A stretch of 63,443 nt of DNA, counting the filler. It is 8 parts of 8 records of this genome, joined end to end, with 100 filler letters (N's around TTAATTAATTAA, not from the genome) between each part and the next. Parts side by side here need not be neighbours in the genome. Positions count along the whole stretch, not along the records: positions 35,073 to 45,003 come from SRR31147125_24674; positions 45,104 to 51,292 come from SRR31147125_24695; positions 51,393 to 57,236 come from SRR31147125_24703; 5 more parts are not named here. The stretch is one strand, 5' to 3'. A program made the translations under genes and the position numbers. Positions 42,736-53,062 of this stretch are shown piece after piece; positions within the stretch are counted from its first letter, which is position 1; each line of letters begins with the position of its first letter. The notes under the pieces are model-generated. The model had not been told where the DNA came from and did not search any database. It saw only the letters and a program-made list of their open reading frames with translations.

Positions 42736-43901
42736 AGTTTAACCAAGCATTAAAGATGGCCTTAAGCGCACTAAGGGCTAACCTTGGCAGATCATTCCTT
42801 ACCATGTTGGGAATAATAATAGGTGTATTTGCTGTGACTGTATTGATTTCAATTGTTGGCAGTGCAACAGATGACATGACTAGCTCTATTGAAGGAATGG
42901 GAGCAGATTTAGTAACTGCAATGTGGATGAGCCCGCAAAAGACCTACGTAACAGTAGATGATTTAGATGAGCTTTTGGAAAAAGAAAATATAAAGGCTGT
43001 TTCAGCCACAACTTCTGGAGATACATCCACTATTAAGGTTGGGACAGAAGTTGAGCAGGTTTCAGTAACTGGTGTTACAAGCAACTATGCTGCAATGCAG
43101 GAGCAGAATCTTGGAAGAGGGCGATTCTTAAGCGATTTAGATATAGAGCTTACCACAAACAAAGCTGTTATAGACTATGATACGGCTATTGATTTGTTTA
43201 AGACTGATTACTGTGTAGGCGCAATTATTACTATAAATGGTGAGGAATTTGAAGTAGTTGGTGTACTAGAAGAGTCTACAAACAGCATGGGAGCACAGAA
43301 CAGCAGAGAGATAAATATACCCATAACTACGGCTCAAAGGATGTATAAAAACACAGAGATTAGCAATATTATTGTTCAGGCAACATCAGCAGATGATGTG
43401 GATGCAGCAGCTCAATATCTGAAGATATATTCAAAAAGGATAATAAAGGATTCTGACTATTTTATGGTATATAGCAATAAAGAGTTCTTGGATATACTAG
43501 ATGACATAACAGGAACGATGTCTGCTGTGTTAGGCGGAATTGCAAGTATATCCTTGCTGGTTGGCGGAATAGGAATTATGAATATAATGTTAGTATCTGT
43601 AACAGAACGTACCAGAGAAATAGGCATAAGGAAAGCAATTGGTGCAAAGAAGATGGATATCTTAATCCAATTTGTTATTGAAGCAGTGGTGCTTTGTGTA
43701 GCTGGAGGATTGGTAGGGTTATTGCTTGGCTATGCAGGAATAAGTATTGCTGGTAAGTTGATGAACATAGCTGTAAGTATGAGTATATCGACCATTATGC
43801 TGGCACTAGGATTCTCTGTTGCAGTCGGGTTGGCATTTGGTATCTATCCTGCTAATAAGGCATCTAACTTGAGACCTATAGAGGCATTAAGGTACGAGTA
43901 A
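42732..43901 (+). CDS. MacB/FtsX-type ABC permease
   Basis: RSFLTMLGIIIG, GGIGIMNIMLVSVTERTREIGIRKAIGA, PIEALRYE. Confidence 0.95.
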   Translation: MKFNQALKMALSALRANLGRSFLTMLGIIIGVFAVTVLISIVGSATDDMTSSIEGMGADLVTAMWMSPQKTYVTVDDLDELLEKENIKAVSATTSGDTSTIKVGTEVEQVSVTGVTSNYAAMQEQNLGRGRFLSDLDIELTTNKAVIDYDTAIDLFKTDYCVGAIITINGEEFEVVGVLEESTNSMGAQNSREINIPITTAQRMYKNTEISNIIVQATSADDVDAAAQYLKIYSKRIIKDSDYFMVYSNKEFLDILDDITGTMSAVLGGIASISLLVGGIGIMNIMLVSVTERTREIGIRKAIGAKKMDILIQFVIEAVVLCVAGGLVGLLLGYAGISIAGKLMNIAVSMSISTIMLALGFSVAVGLAFGIYPANKASNLRPIEALRYE

Positions 43902-43948
43902 CTAATAACCATGAGCAAAGCTTAAAAGCATAGTTCATTTAAATAAAT

Positions 43949-43971
43949 GAGGCTGCCGTAAAGGCGGCCTC
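43949..43971. terminator. Hairpin between convergent genes
   Basis: GAGGCTGCC-gtaaa-GGCGGCCTC. Confidence 0.55.
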
Positions 43972-44053
43972 AAACATTTTTGTATTTCAGAAGTTATGAT
44001 ACTGGAGTTGGCTGTATTTTTTTACTCTCCTCTTAAAAAGCAAAATAATTTGT

Positions 44054-44076
44054 TAATATTATTACTCAACAAGCCC
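44054..44076. repeat. 23-bp inverted repeat, left copy
   Basis: TAATATTATTACTCAACAAGCCC, exact reverse complement of 44977-44999. Confidence 0.9.
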
Positions 44077-44103
44077 TGTTGATTAAATTAAAAGTTCAGT
44101 GAA

Positions 44104-44945
44104 TTAGGCTTTTGCAGAAAACAGTTTCCTATACCCTGTAGGTGATGTACCCTTTATGTCTTTAAAGACTCTGTTAAATGTTTTCACACTTTCAAACCCT
44201 GCATTGTAGGCAATTTCAGTAATCATTTCATCGGTTTCTACAAGCATTACAGATGCCTTGTAGACTCTGAAATTATTAAGATAAGTTATAAATGTCATTC
44301 CAGTAGCATCTTTAAAAAATCTAGTGAAATGATAGGTGCTATAGTTAGTAATAGAAGCGATTTTTTCTAGCGTAATATGCTTGTTATAGTTTTTATCAAC
44401 ATACATAAATACCTTCTCAATGCGTCTTAGTCGTGAGCGGGTGCTTTTTAGCTCTTTCACGCTGTATTTTGATGTCTGCACATTCCTTATCAGCAGTGAA
44501 ATAAAATCATACAATCTTGCCATTATAACTAGCTTGTAGCCGTTGGCTTTTTCATAGTTTTCTTTTTCAATGGCTAGTATTTGCTTTTCTAAAAGTGCAT
44601 GATGACTTTGAATATCACTTTTTTTATTAATGGGTTTGAAAATCGTAGGTTTTTATCAAAATCTGTATACATCCCCAATAGGTCGCCGTTAAATTGCAGA
44701 ATAATCCTTTTTCTAGGCTTAGGCTGAGATAAAAAATAATGGATATCATTTGCACTAACAATAACCATATCACCAGTTTCTAATAAAAAGACTTCATCAT
44801 TTATTCCCATTTCAAATGGCTCATCTAAATTATAAACGACTTCATAGTCTTCGTGCCAATGGGGCGGAAACTCTGGTTCATCGGTTATATACACATCAAA
44901 AGGGAAGTGCTCCTCAAATATATATTTTTGATATAGTGCCTGCAT
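44104..44945 (-). CDS. AraC family regulator with cupin sensor domain (frameshifted)
   Basis: PPHWHEDYE in 44589-44945; YHFTRFFK...IAYNAGFESVKTFNRVFK in 44104-44523. Confidence 0.9.
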
Positions 44946-44976
44946 TTTGTCTCCATAGTTAAATAGATTATTAAGT

Positions 44977-44999
44977 GGGCTTGTTGAGTAATAATATTA
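44977..44999. repeat. 23-bp inverted repeat, right copy (at contig end)
   Basis: GGGCTTGTTGAGTAATAATATTA. Confidence 0.9.
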
Positions 45000-45003
45000 T
45001 TCA

Positions 45004-45103
45004 NNNNNNNNNNNNNNNNNNNNNNNNNNNNNNNNNNNNNNNNNNNNTTAATTAATTAANNNNNNNNNNNNNNNNNNNNNNNNNNNNNNNNNNNNNNNNN
45101 NNN
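45004..45103. other. Artificial contig linker
   Basis: N44-TTAATTAATTAA-N44. Confidence 0.99.
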
Positions 45104-46111
45104 TTTGGTATAATTTTCATTGTAAACAGCATCTGGTGAAAAACGAAAACACCCGGGATCAGGGCCGGTAAGCGTTCCCCATGTGGCGTGGGCAACAGCC
45201 CGGCAACCATAGCATCTGTTTTTTTCCGGGCATTGCCCGCAGGCCCCTTCAAGGTGGGTCTCAATCTCTTTTGATTGCTGCAAAACCGGCGACTCCTGCC
45301 ATATGGTTCCAAGGGACTGGTCTCTTAAATCGCCGGCGATCAATTCAATACTCGGGCAGGGCCTGACCAGGCCGTCTGATCCGATATAGCATCCTGCCAC
45401 CAGTCGATTGCAGGCGCAATCCCCGGAAAAGGGCACCAAGACCCCACCACCTGACAGCTCTTCATCCAAAAAGGCTTTAAGCTCATCAGGCTTGGGAACA
45501 TTGTCCGCCGTCATGCCGCCCACGGGAATGGCCCGGTTGAGAATAAACAAGGCCCCCTGATTTCGGGCAAAGGCTAAAATCTTTGGCAACTCGTCCATTG
45601 TCTGGCTGGATGCAATACTCTGGATGGACAAAAGCGGATTTTTATCAGGCCCGTACCCTGCGGCTTTCAAATCATCCAAGGCCTTGAAAACCGTCTCAAG
45701 TTTTCCTTTTCTCCCGGACATTTCATAAAACTTGTCCCCATTCAGCGTTGACAGGCTGATGGACACCCCCACCTGAAAGGCTGCCAATTGTTTTGCCACC
45801 TCCTGGTTGATAAGGGTGCCGTTGGTCACAATCAATACCATGACCTTTTTTTTACGCAATTGTTCCACCATATCCCAGAAATACGGATACAGCAGGGCCT
45901 CGCCCCCGGTAAATTCGACCTTGGTCAACCCCAGATCAACGGCCTCTTCCAAAGCCGGGGCCAGAAGGTCTTTGTCCAGGTCTTCCACAGGCCTATCTTT
46001 TTTGGAGCAATAGACACATTTGAGGTTGCACCGGGTGGTACATGCCACGCTGAGATATTCTAGGTGCCCCCGCTGTCCAATATCCGTATAATCCCAGATA
46101 TTTGAATTCAT
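45104..46111 (-). CDS. Radical SAM/SPASM protein 2 (stop codon beyond the contig end)
   Basis: CNLKCVYC, TGGEAL, TNGT; SPASM C...GLVRPC...CGQC....CYGCRA...DPGC. Confidence 0.92.
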
Positions 46112-47178
46112 TATCGGGTCTCCTTGGCTCGGACCGCTTCAATGGCATTGGCGGTCAAGGGAAATGAAAAATTCCCAAAGGACCCTGTTTTTCTATAGGC
46201 CACGGAAAAACAAGAGTTATGGCACCTGCCCTCCCCCTCCCAGAATTGGCACCCGGCGCACTCATCCGGCGTGGTGGTCATGGCATCCGCTCTGACCGGG
46301 CTTGTTTCCCAGATGGACCGCAAGCTCTGATCATTCAGATTCCCGATGGGCAGGCGATGATCCCAGAACCCGCATAAATGCACATCACCTGAGGTGCGGA
46401 TATGAACATAATCGTACCCGCAGCTGCAATCCACCCAGATGACATTGGGATGGGGTTCGTATAAGTTTGGATACCTGCATTTGACCAGGGGCGAACAGCA
46501 TATCCGTGCAGGGACTCTCCCTTTTTCGCCCTTTCAACCAGGGCGGTCAGGGCGTTGGCAAGTTCATCCATTGTGGGGTGGAGCTTAAATATATCATCGT
46601 GGGTGGCCACAAGACATTGGGCACCCATGAGAAGCTCCTTGCCCGGAACGGCAATGCTGTCCACATAGTCGTAAAGGTCAGATAACTGCCCCACATTGTG
46701 CCGGGTCACGGTGGCCTCAACATCAACGGTGATCCCCGCATCCATCAGTCCTTGTATATTGCGCTTGAGCTCAGACAGGCGGGCAGCCGCAGCCTTGGGC
46801 TTAAGGTCCCGCAGTCTGCCAAATGTTTCAATATCCAGGCTGTCAAAGGAGACACAGGCAAATTTCAAGCCCCCGGGCCAGCCGCTTGGCGCATTCCGGA
46901 TCAAGATTATAGGCATTGGTATTGATTCTGTTCTTAACATTGTATTTATCAGCAATGGCCATTGCCTTGAGAAGATGCTCAATGGAATCATTGGTCATTG
47001 TGACCTCACCACCTTCAAACCATACCCATTCGGGCCGTTCCTTGGCCAGGGTCCTGTCAATAATATCCAGGGGCAGAAAGTCGCTGACCTTGGGAAGTTT
47101 TTGCTCATAGGCACAATAGATACAACGGGCATTACAAAATTGGTGCAATTGGAATTCGATGACTCTGAACTGCGGCAT
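46111..47178 (-). CDS. Radical SAM/SPASM protein 1 (two frameshifts)
   Basis: CNARCIYC and EGGE (46843-47178), VSFDS core (46335-46991), CSCG...GDVHLC...CAGC...CHNSC (46111-46434); GAGGA RBS; TAATG overlap with protein 2. Confidence 0.88.
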
Positions 47179-47695
47179 AACGCATTCCTCTTAAATTAAG
47201 CGATTTACGATGATTGACGGTATATGTAAAAGGGACGAATTATTTTAATTCGGGTCTTGGCCCCTTCTCTTCTTCGTTTTTTATTGGCACGCATTATCGG
47301 CACTCATACAAAGATTATTCCTAAGCAGTGTACGAAAAAGTGTAAACACCTTAGGGGAAATCGCAAACCCGGTCAAGGCTTAGCTGCCATCTTTTAACGG
47401 CCCCAAAAGCCTGAGACAGCCTGTAAAACAATGGTGTCGGGAAAAAGAATTTTGAAAATTGAATGAATCCTGATATATGGCTTTAATATTTAAACCTGTT
47501 GAAACTATAAAAAAGTTCAACCGATGGTCAGATAAAAATCTTGGTATAGAAGGCATGGGGTTTGGCCAGGATCAAGGCCTATATTTAGTATGTCGAGCCT
47601 CTGGTCAAGCGCCATAACCAAGGAGGCGACAAAGGGTTTACCAGGCCATCAAAACCAGGTTATTTCTGGCTCGTCCAGGTTAGGGAACCTAAGAT

Positions 47696-49106
47696 ATGAC
47701 ATTTCTCAAACAAATTAACCGCGAAACAAAGTTAAACGAGCATGTATTGACTGACGGGCAAATTGATTGCACCTATGGACAAATGCCTGAGGTATTTAAC
47801 AGGTTAAGCATTTATTTTTCACAACAAGGGATCTGTCCTGAAACTGCTGTGATCCTGGAATGTGAAAATTCTCTTTTCGGTGCCTTAACCCTGCTGTATC
47901 TATTGGAAAACAGTTATAGCACATTGGTGGTTCCACCGGAGAAGAGGACTCCCAGACCCCTGCATTTTGCAAGTTCCGAATAAAAACCGGCAGGGCGCAA
48001 GATTTGGAAGACCCGGCAGCATTTTTAAATATTTCAGAAAACACCAGATGGAATGGACAGGTCTGCGCACAGGAAAAGGCCGAGTTATTTCTTAGAACCT
48101 CGGGCAGCACAGGTCCCCCAAAAATGGTTGCCCATTCCCACACTGCATTGAAGCAAAACGCAGTTCACTGCCTTGAAAGGCTGGGGCTGACCCATAAGGA
48201 CAGAATCGCAATCCCGGTTCCCATCTTTCATTTGTTCGGAATGGCAGTGGCATTTCTTCCGGCAGTCATGGCCGGGGCCTGCGTTGATCTGCAGCAAGGG
48301 GCAAACCTGCTAAAATACATGTCCCGGGAGCGGTTGTTTAATCCCAATGTGGCCTTTATGACACCTGTATTTTGTGAAAGCCTTCTCAAAGTCAGAAAAT
48401 CCCCCGCCCCTACCGGTTGACAATAACGGCGGGAGATAAGTTCCGAGGGGCAGGCTCCTTTGAAAAATATGAATCCTTGTTTGGATGCCTCGTCAACCTT
48501 TACGGCAGCACGGAAATGGGTGCCATCTCCAGCTCAAGTCCCAAGGATGCCTTTTTGGACAGAAAAGAAACCGCTGGTATGCCAATAACGGGGGTGGACC
48601 TTTGCATCAAGGAACAAAAAGATGGCAGCGGACAGGTGTGGTGCCGGAATGAATTCGGGTTCTCAGGATATGTCGATACAAACAAAGAGGCCATTCAACC
48701 CGATCCTGACCGTGAGGATGGATATTTTTTCACCGGGGACCTTGGACGCATCCGCCCTGACGGCCGGATTCAAATTCTGGGAAGAAGTGATCACAAGGTG
48801 AATCGCGACGGCATTCTGGTCCTTTTCGCAGATGTGGAAAGCGCAATCAAGCAAATCAAAGGGGTTGAATCTGTTGTGGTCGTACCCCACGGGGAAAGTA
48901 CACGGGGCAAAGGCATGGTGGCCTGTTGTCTTTGTGAGAAAGAGGCAGGACTCACCCAAGATGAGATTAAAACCGCCTGTCTTAATCTATTACCCCGGCG
49001 GGCCGTCCCAGATAATATATTGATATTTAAAGATTTCCCCTTGCTGCCCAGCGGCAAGGTTAACGAAAAGAACTTGAAAAGGCCTTATAGGAAACCCAAT
49101 GAATGA
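47696..49106 (+). CDS. AMP-dependent acyl/aryl ligase (ANL superfamily; two frameshifts)
   Basis: TSGSTGPPK, PIFHLFG, YGSTE, TGDLG, GRSD, PSGKV across three track ORFs. Confidence 0.88.
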
Positions 49107-49350
49107 CGCCATTATAAATAAGTTGAGAACCATTCTTTTTGAAGAACTTGATCTCCATTTAACCCCCCACCAAATGGACGAGACCTACCCGCTGTTTGAG
49201 GATGGATCTGGACTGGACTCTGTGATTATTGTGGAGTTTATTGCCCTGATTGAAAAACGGTTCAACATTGAATTCACCGACGATGAATTATCCAGTTACC
49301 AGCTAAACTCACTGGGATCCATTGCAGAGTGCATTGCCGGAAAACGTTAA
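49099..49350 (+). CDS. Acyl carrier protein
   Basis: 83 aa, acidic, GLDS phosphopantetheine site, IEKRFNIEF. Confidence 0.9.
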   Translation: MNDAIINKLRTILFEELDLHLTPHQMDETYPLFEDGSGLDSVIIVEFIALIEKRFNIEFTDDELSSYQLNSLGSIAECIAGKR

Positions 49351-49973
49351 TGCAAAGGGGGACGATGGCGGTTAAGGCATTCAACAAAAAGGCCTGTTCG
49401 CATAAACCCATGCCCATGACTCAAAAAAATCACTCCCTCAAAGGCCGTCTTCACCTGGACAGGTTAAATGTGTTCCAAAACATATTGCTGAAAACAGATG
49501 GAACGCTTACGCAAATATTAGAAGCCTATGTGTCCGAACCCATACAGGTGGTCAAATTATCCCAGGGGATTGCCAAGGAAACATCCCATATTAAAGCCCT
49601 TGACACCAATGCAAAACAAGATGCAAAACAAGAAGTGATACAAAGGAAAATTCTTCTTCAGGGCAAATTAACCGGGAAAAACTTTCTTTATGCCGATTCC
49701 CTGATCCTCCCCGGGCGTCTGGATGCTAAATTCAGGCATGACCTTTTCACATCAAAGATCCCCATTGGCAAACTCTGGGACCTGCATCAAGTTGAAACAT
49801 ACAAGCAGATCATTGATTGCTTTTGTGAACCTGCAGGACAGATTGCCGGTCATTTTAAAATCAATGCCGGGGATACCCTGCTCTGCCGGACCTACAAGGT
49901 CTTTTCAAACCGGAAGCTGATCATGCTGATCACGGAAAAATTCCCTGAAATATTTTTCAGGGACAATCTGTGA
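49350..49973 (+). CDS. Chorismate pyruvate-lyase-like protein (DUF98/Rv2949c/UbiC fold)
   Basis: LLKTDGTLTQILEAY, YADSLI, PIGKLW, RTY, LITEKFP; TAATG overlap with the ACP gene. Confidence 0.78.
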   Translation: MQRGTMAVKAFNKKACSHKPMPMTQKNHSLKGRLHLDRLNVFQNILLKTDGTLTQILEAYVSEPIQVVKLSQGIAKETSHIKALDTNAKQDAKQEVIQRKILLQGKLTGKNFLYADSLILPGRLDAKFRHDLFTSKIPIGKLWDLHQVETYKQIIDCFCEPAGQIAGHFKINAGDTLLCRTYKVFSNRKLIMLITEKFPEIFFRDNL

Positions 49974-49974
49974 A

Positions 49975-50359
49975 TCCATGGGCCGGGACGATCACCATCC
50001 CGCCCCGGCATGCCCAAGTCCCCGCATGAGCAGCCGCAAGGAGACAAAGATAAGAAAAAGACCCAGGGTACGGCGAAAGGCGGTTTCGGAGATGCGGTGA
50101 AAGGTGCGATTTCCAAGCCAGATCCCCAGCCCCATGACCAGGGAAATGGGTATCCAATACCAGCGGTCCGGGGTATAGTATCCACCCTTAGCATGGCCAG
50201 CCCGCCGAAAATATTAACAAAAGAGGCCAGAACAATGGTCAGTTTGGGATCAATAAAAAGGGATCCCAAAGCCACGACAACCGTGGTGGTACCCGTTCCG
50301 GTGATCCCTTTCAGAAAAAAGGCGGCCAAAGCAACAAGGCTGATGAATAAGATGTCCAT
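49975..50359 (-). pseudogene. TauE/SafE-like exporter, truncated/frameshifted remnant
   Basis: LAAFFLKGITGTG N-terminus, then frame loss; far shorter than the family norm. Confidence 0.55.
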
Positions 50360-50407
50360 AGGCAGTGATGAAACTTGAATGAGGATACCCCTTGGGCAGC
50401 CCCGGTT

Positions 50408-51292
50408 CTAGGCTTTGTCTTTGGCCTCATCCAATACCTTTCGCACTGTTTTAGCCAGATCTGACTTCACAATGGGCTTATAGGCCAATGCTTTGGCACC
50501 GATTTGTGTGACCTGTTCTTCAGATATTTTTTTGCTATATCCGGTACATAAAACAATGGGAATTTCAGGACGAATTTTTATCAGTGCATTGGCAAGTTTG
50601 TCTCCGGTCAGATTCGGCATGGTCATATCGCTGATGACCAAGTCAAAGTCATTGGGGTTTGCCCGGAACAAATCTAAAGCCGCCACACTGCTTGTGCACT
50701 TTTTTACTCGATACCCAAGGCCTTCCAAAGTCCGGGTGCCCATTTTTGCAATTGGGGCTTCATCATCAACAAACAAGAATTCGTTCCGTCCCCCTGGGCA
50801 GTTCTTCAGACTCATCCTGGTGCCGGGTCCTGGGTTTTCGGGCCACGGGCAGGTAAATGGTAAAGCAGGCGCCTTTTCCAGGCCTGCTGTCCGCATGGAT
50901 TTTTCCCCCATAGCTTTCCACAATACCATGCACCATGGCCAGTCCCATGCCGGTTCCCTCACCCGTTTTTTTGGTTGTAAAATAAGGCTCAAAAATCGAA
51001 TCAATGAGTTCTGGGGGGATTCCGCTGCCAGTGTCTGATATAGACATTTTAAGGTATTGGCCTTGGTTTAAATCAAGTTTTTTCCCAAAAGCCTTATCAA
51101 CCACCACATGTTTTAACCTGACGTCAAGGATACCGCCGTTTTCATCCATGGCATGGGCGGCATTGGTACAAAGATTCATTATAACCTGATGCATCTGGGT
51201 CTGGTTGCCCATAACAGGTAAATCACTGTCAATGTATTTTTTGATCTCAATGTTCGTGGGAATTGAGGATCGGATGAATTTAAGCACCTCTT
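50408..51292 (-). CDS. Hybrid sensor kinase-response regulator, C-terminal part (frameshifted, 5' truncated)
   Basis: NLCTNA, DTGSG, FEPYFTTK, GTGMGL, then VDDE, SDMTMP, CTGYS, KP. Confidence 0.9.
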
Positions 51293-51392
51293 NNNNNNNN
51301 NNNNNNNNNNNNNNNNNNNNNNNNNNNNNNNNNNNNTTAATTAATTAANNNNNNNNNNNNNNNNNNNNNNNNNNNNNNNNNNNNNNNNNNNN
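51293..51392. other. Artificial contig linker
   Basis: N44-TTAATTAATTAA-N44. Confidence 0.99.
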
Positions 51393-51528
51393 AACTACTT
51401 TTGTGGAAATATGAAGGATCTCATGTTGACTATTTTTTATGGCAGGGGGGCCGATCAGATTTCAATTCTTAGGGAGTCTGCGCTTTCTAAATTCCCACTA
51501 ATTTGTTATATGTCCCTTTAAACAAAAA

Positions 51529-51720
51529 ATGAGAAAACACATGGTCGATTTTTCAGACGAAAACGGTTTGGAAATTCACCTGCTCCATTATCCTCCATAT
51601 CATAGTAAAGACGATGCAATTGAGCGGTATTGGGAGGACATTGCGAGCCTGATATTGATCTCAACGGAATTGACAAATCATTGGAGGAAGGCATGATAAA
51701 AAAGAAAAATCTAATGTTTG
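51529..51720 (+). mobile_element. Degenerate DDE transposase fragment (ISAzo13/IS630-like)
   Basis: Frame reads MVDFSDENGLEIHLLHYPPYHSKDDAIERYW, resembling the YPPYHSKYNPIERxW motif. Confidence 0.65.
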
Positions 51721-52078
51721 TTGGTGATTTTGTTGAAAAGTATGACGCAATGGTCCCGTTTCAACTTCTGATGACGAGTGATGATGTCGGCACAGTATTG
51801 TATACAAAAACAAAAAAACCGGCAAAGTCAGCTCACATAAAAAGCCCCCAAGAGGTGCCAGATGAATAGCAAAAAGGCTTGTAGTTTCAGTAGCATGAAC
51901 TAACGAGAACTGACTTTGTCGGTCGGTTTTTTTACCATTTGAAATTTATTCAAGTCAACAAAAAAACAAATGGAACACTGTTCTTCTTAAGAGAATTCAA
52001 TCACAGCCGTATCTTTGGCACATACTTTTAACATCTTGAGGTCCCAAAATAGATAGAGACAAACATATCTTCATCTCA

Positions 52079-53047
52079 GTGCTTCTATCATTTGCTCTGG
52101 TCGGCTTTGGCTGCATCGGATACATGAGCATTGAAGAGTGGTCGTTTATGGATGCCCTCTACATGACCATCATCACACTCACCACCGTGGGATATGGAGA
52201 GGTGAACCCGGTAACGGCCAGCGGCAGAATCTTTACCGTGATCCTGATCGTGCTGGGTGGAAGTTATTTTCTCTATATGGTGGGGAGCGTCATCCAGTAT
52301 CTGGTTGAAGGACGAATTCGAACGGTTCTCGGGAGGCATAAATTGGACAAGCAGATCAACAGACTGAACAATCACTATATCATATGCGGGTACGGCCGTA
52401 TCGGCAGGGAGCTCTCCAGATTCCTGATTCAGAAATACATCGATGTGGTGGTGATCGAACAAAATCAAGCGGGCATCGAAGAGATGAACAATGACGGCAT
52501 CCTCTATCTCATGGGAACCGCCACAGACGAGAAATTACTTGAAAAAGCCGGAATTCACAGGGCTAAAGGGTTGATTACCGCTGTGGGTACGGATGCGGAC
52601 AATGTATTTCTGGTGCTCATTGCCAAGCAGATGAATCCGAAGCTTTTCATCGTTGCCAGAGCCACCCAAAATTCCGCTAAAAAGACCCTGCTGGCCGCCG
52701 GTGCCGACAAAGTGATCTCTCCGTACGACATCGGTGCCAGGCGAATGGCCCACGCCATCCTACGCCCCACGGTCATCAAGTTTCTGGAAATGGCCTTTGC
52801 CGACGAAGACACCGATATTGTTCTGGAAGAGATTCACGTGAAAGAGGGGTCCGAACTTGTTGGAGTTTCTCTAATGGATTCGGAAATTCGAAAGAGTCTG
52901 GATCTCATTATCATCACCATCAGCAAAGCCGACGGCACCATGCTGTTTAATCCGGGTGCCAGCACCACATTCGACGTCGGCGACATTGTCGTTGCTGTGG
53001 GTAAAGCGAAAAACCTGAGTAAGTTGGAGCGGATCTTAGGGGGGTGA
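52079..53047 (+). CDS. Potassium channel with RCK (TrkA-N/C) domains
   Basis: TTVGYG filter, CGYGRIG; real start probably about 30 nt upstream. Confidence 0.93.
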   Translation: MLLSFALVGFGCIGYMSIEEWSFMDALYMTIITLTTVGYGEVNPVTASGRIFTVILIVLGGSYFLYMVGSVIQYLVEGRIRTVLGRHKLDKQINRLNNHYIICGYGRIGRELSRFLIQKYIDVVVIEQNQAGIEEMNNDGILYLMGTATDEKLLEKAGIHRAKGLITAVGTDADNVFLVLIAKQMNPKLFIVARATQNSAKKTLLAAGADKVISPYDIGARRMAHAILRPTVIKFLEMAFADEDTDIVLEEIHVKEGSELVGVSLMDSEIRKSLDLIIITISKADGTMLFNPGASTTFDVGDIVVAVGKAKNLSKLERILGG

Positions 53048-53062
53048 TTCCCCCCTTAATCG

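Noticed and set aside
47284..47302. Sigma54 promoter TTGGCACGCATTATCGGC
   Set aside because: Good -24 box but no TTGC-like -12 at the required spacing
47179..47695. Precursor peptide for the SPASM enzymes
   Set aside because: I found no convincing RBS-led small ORF by eye; one may lie beyond the contig end
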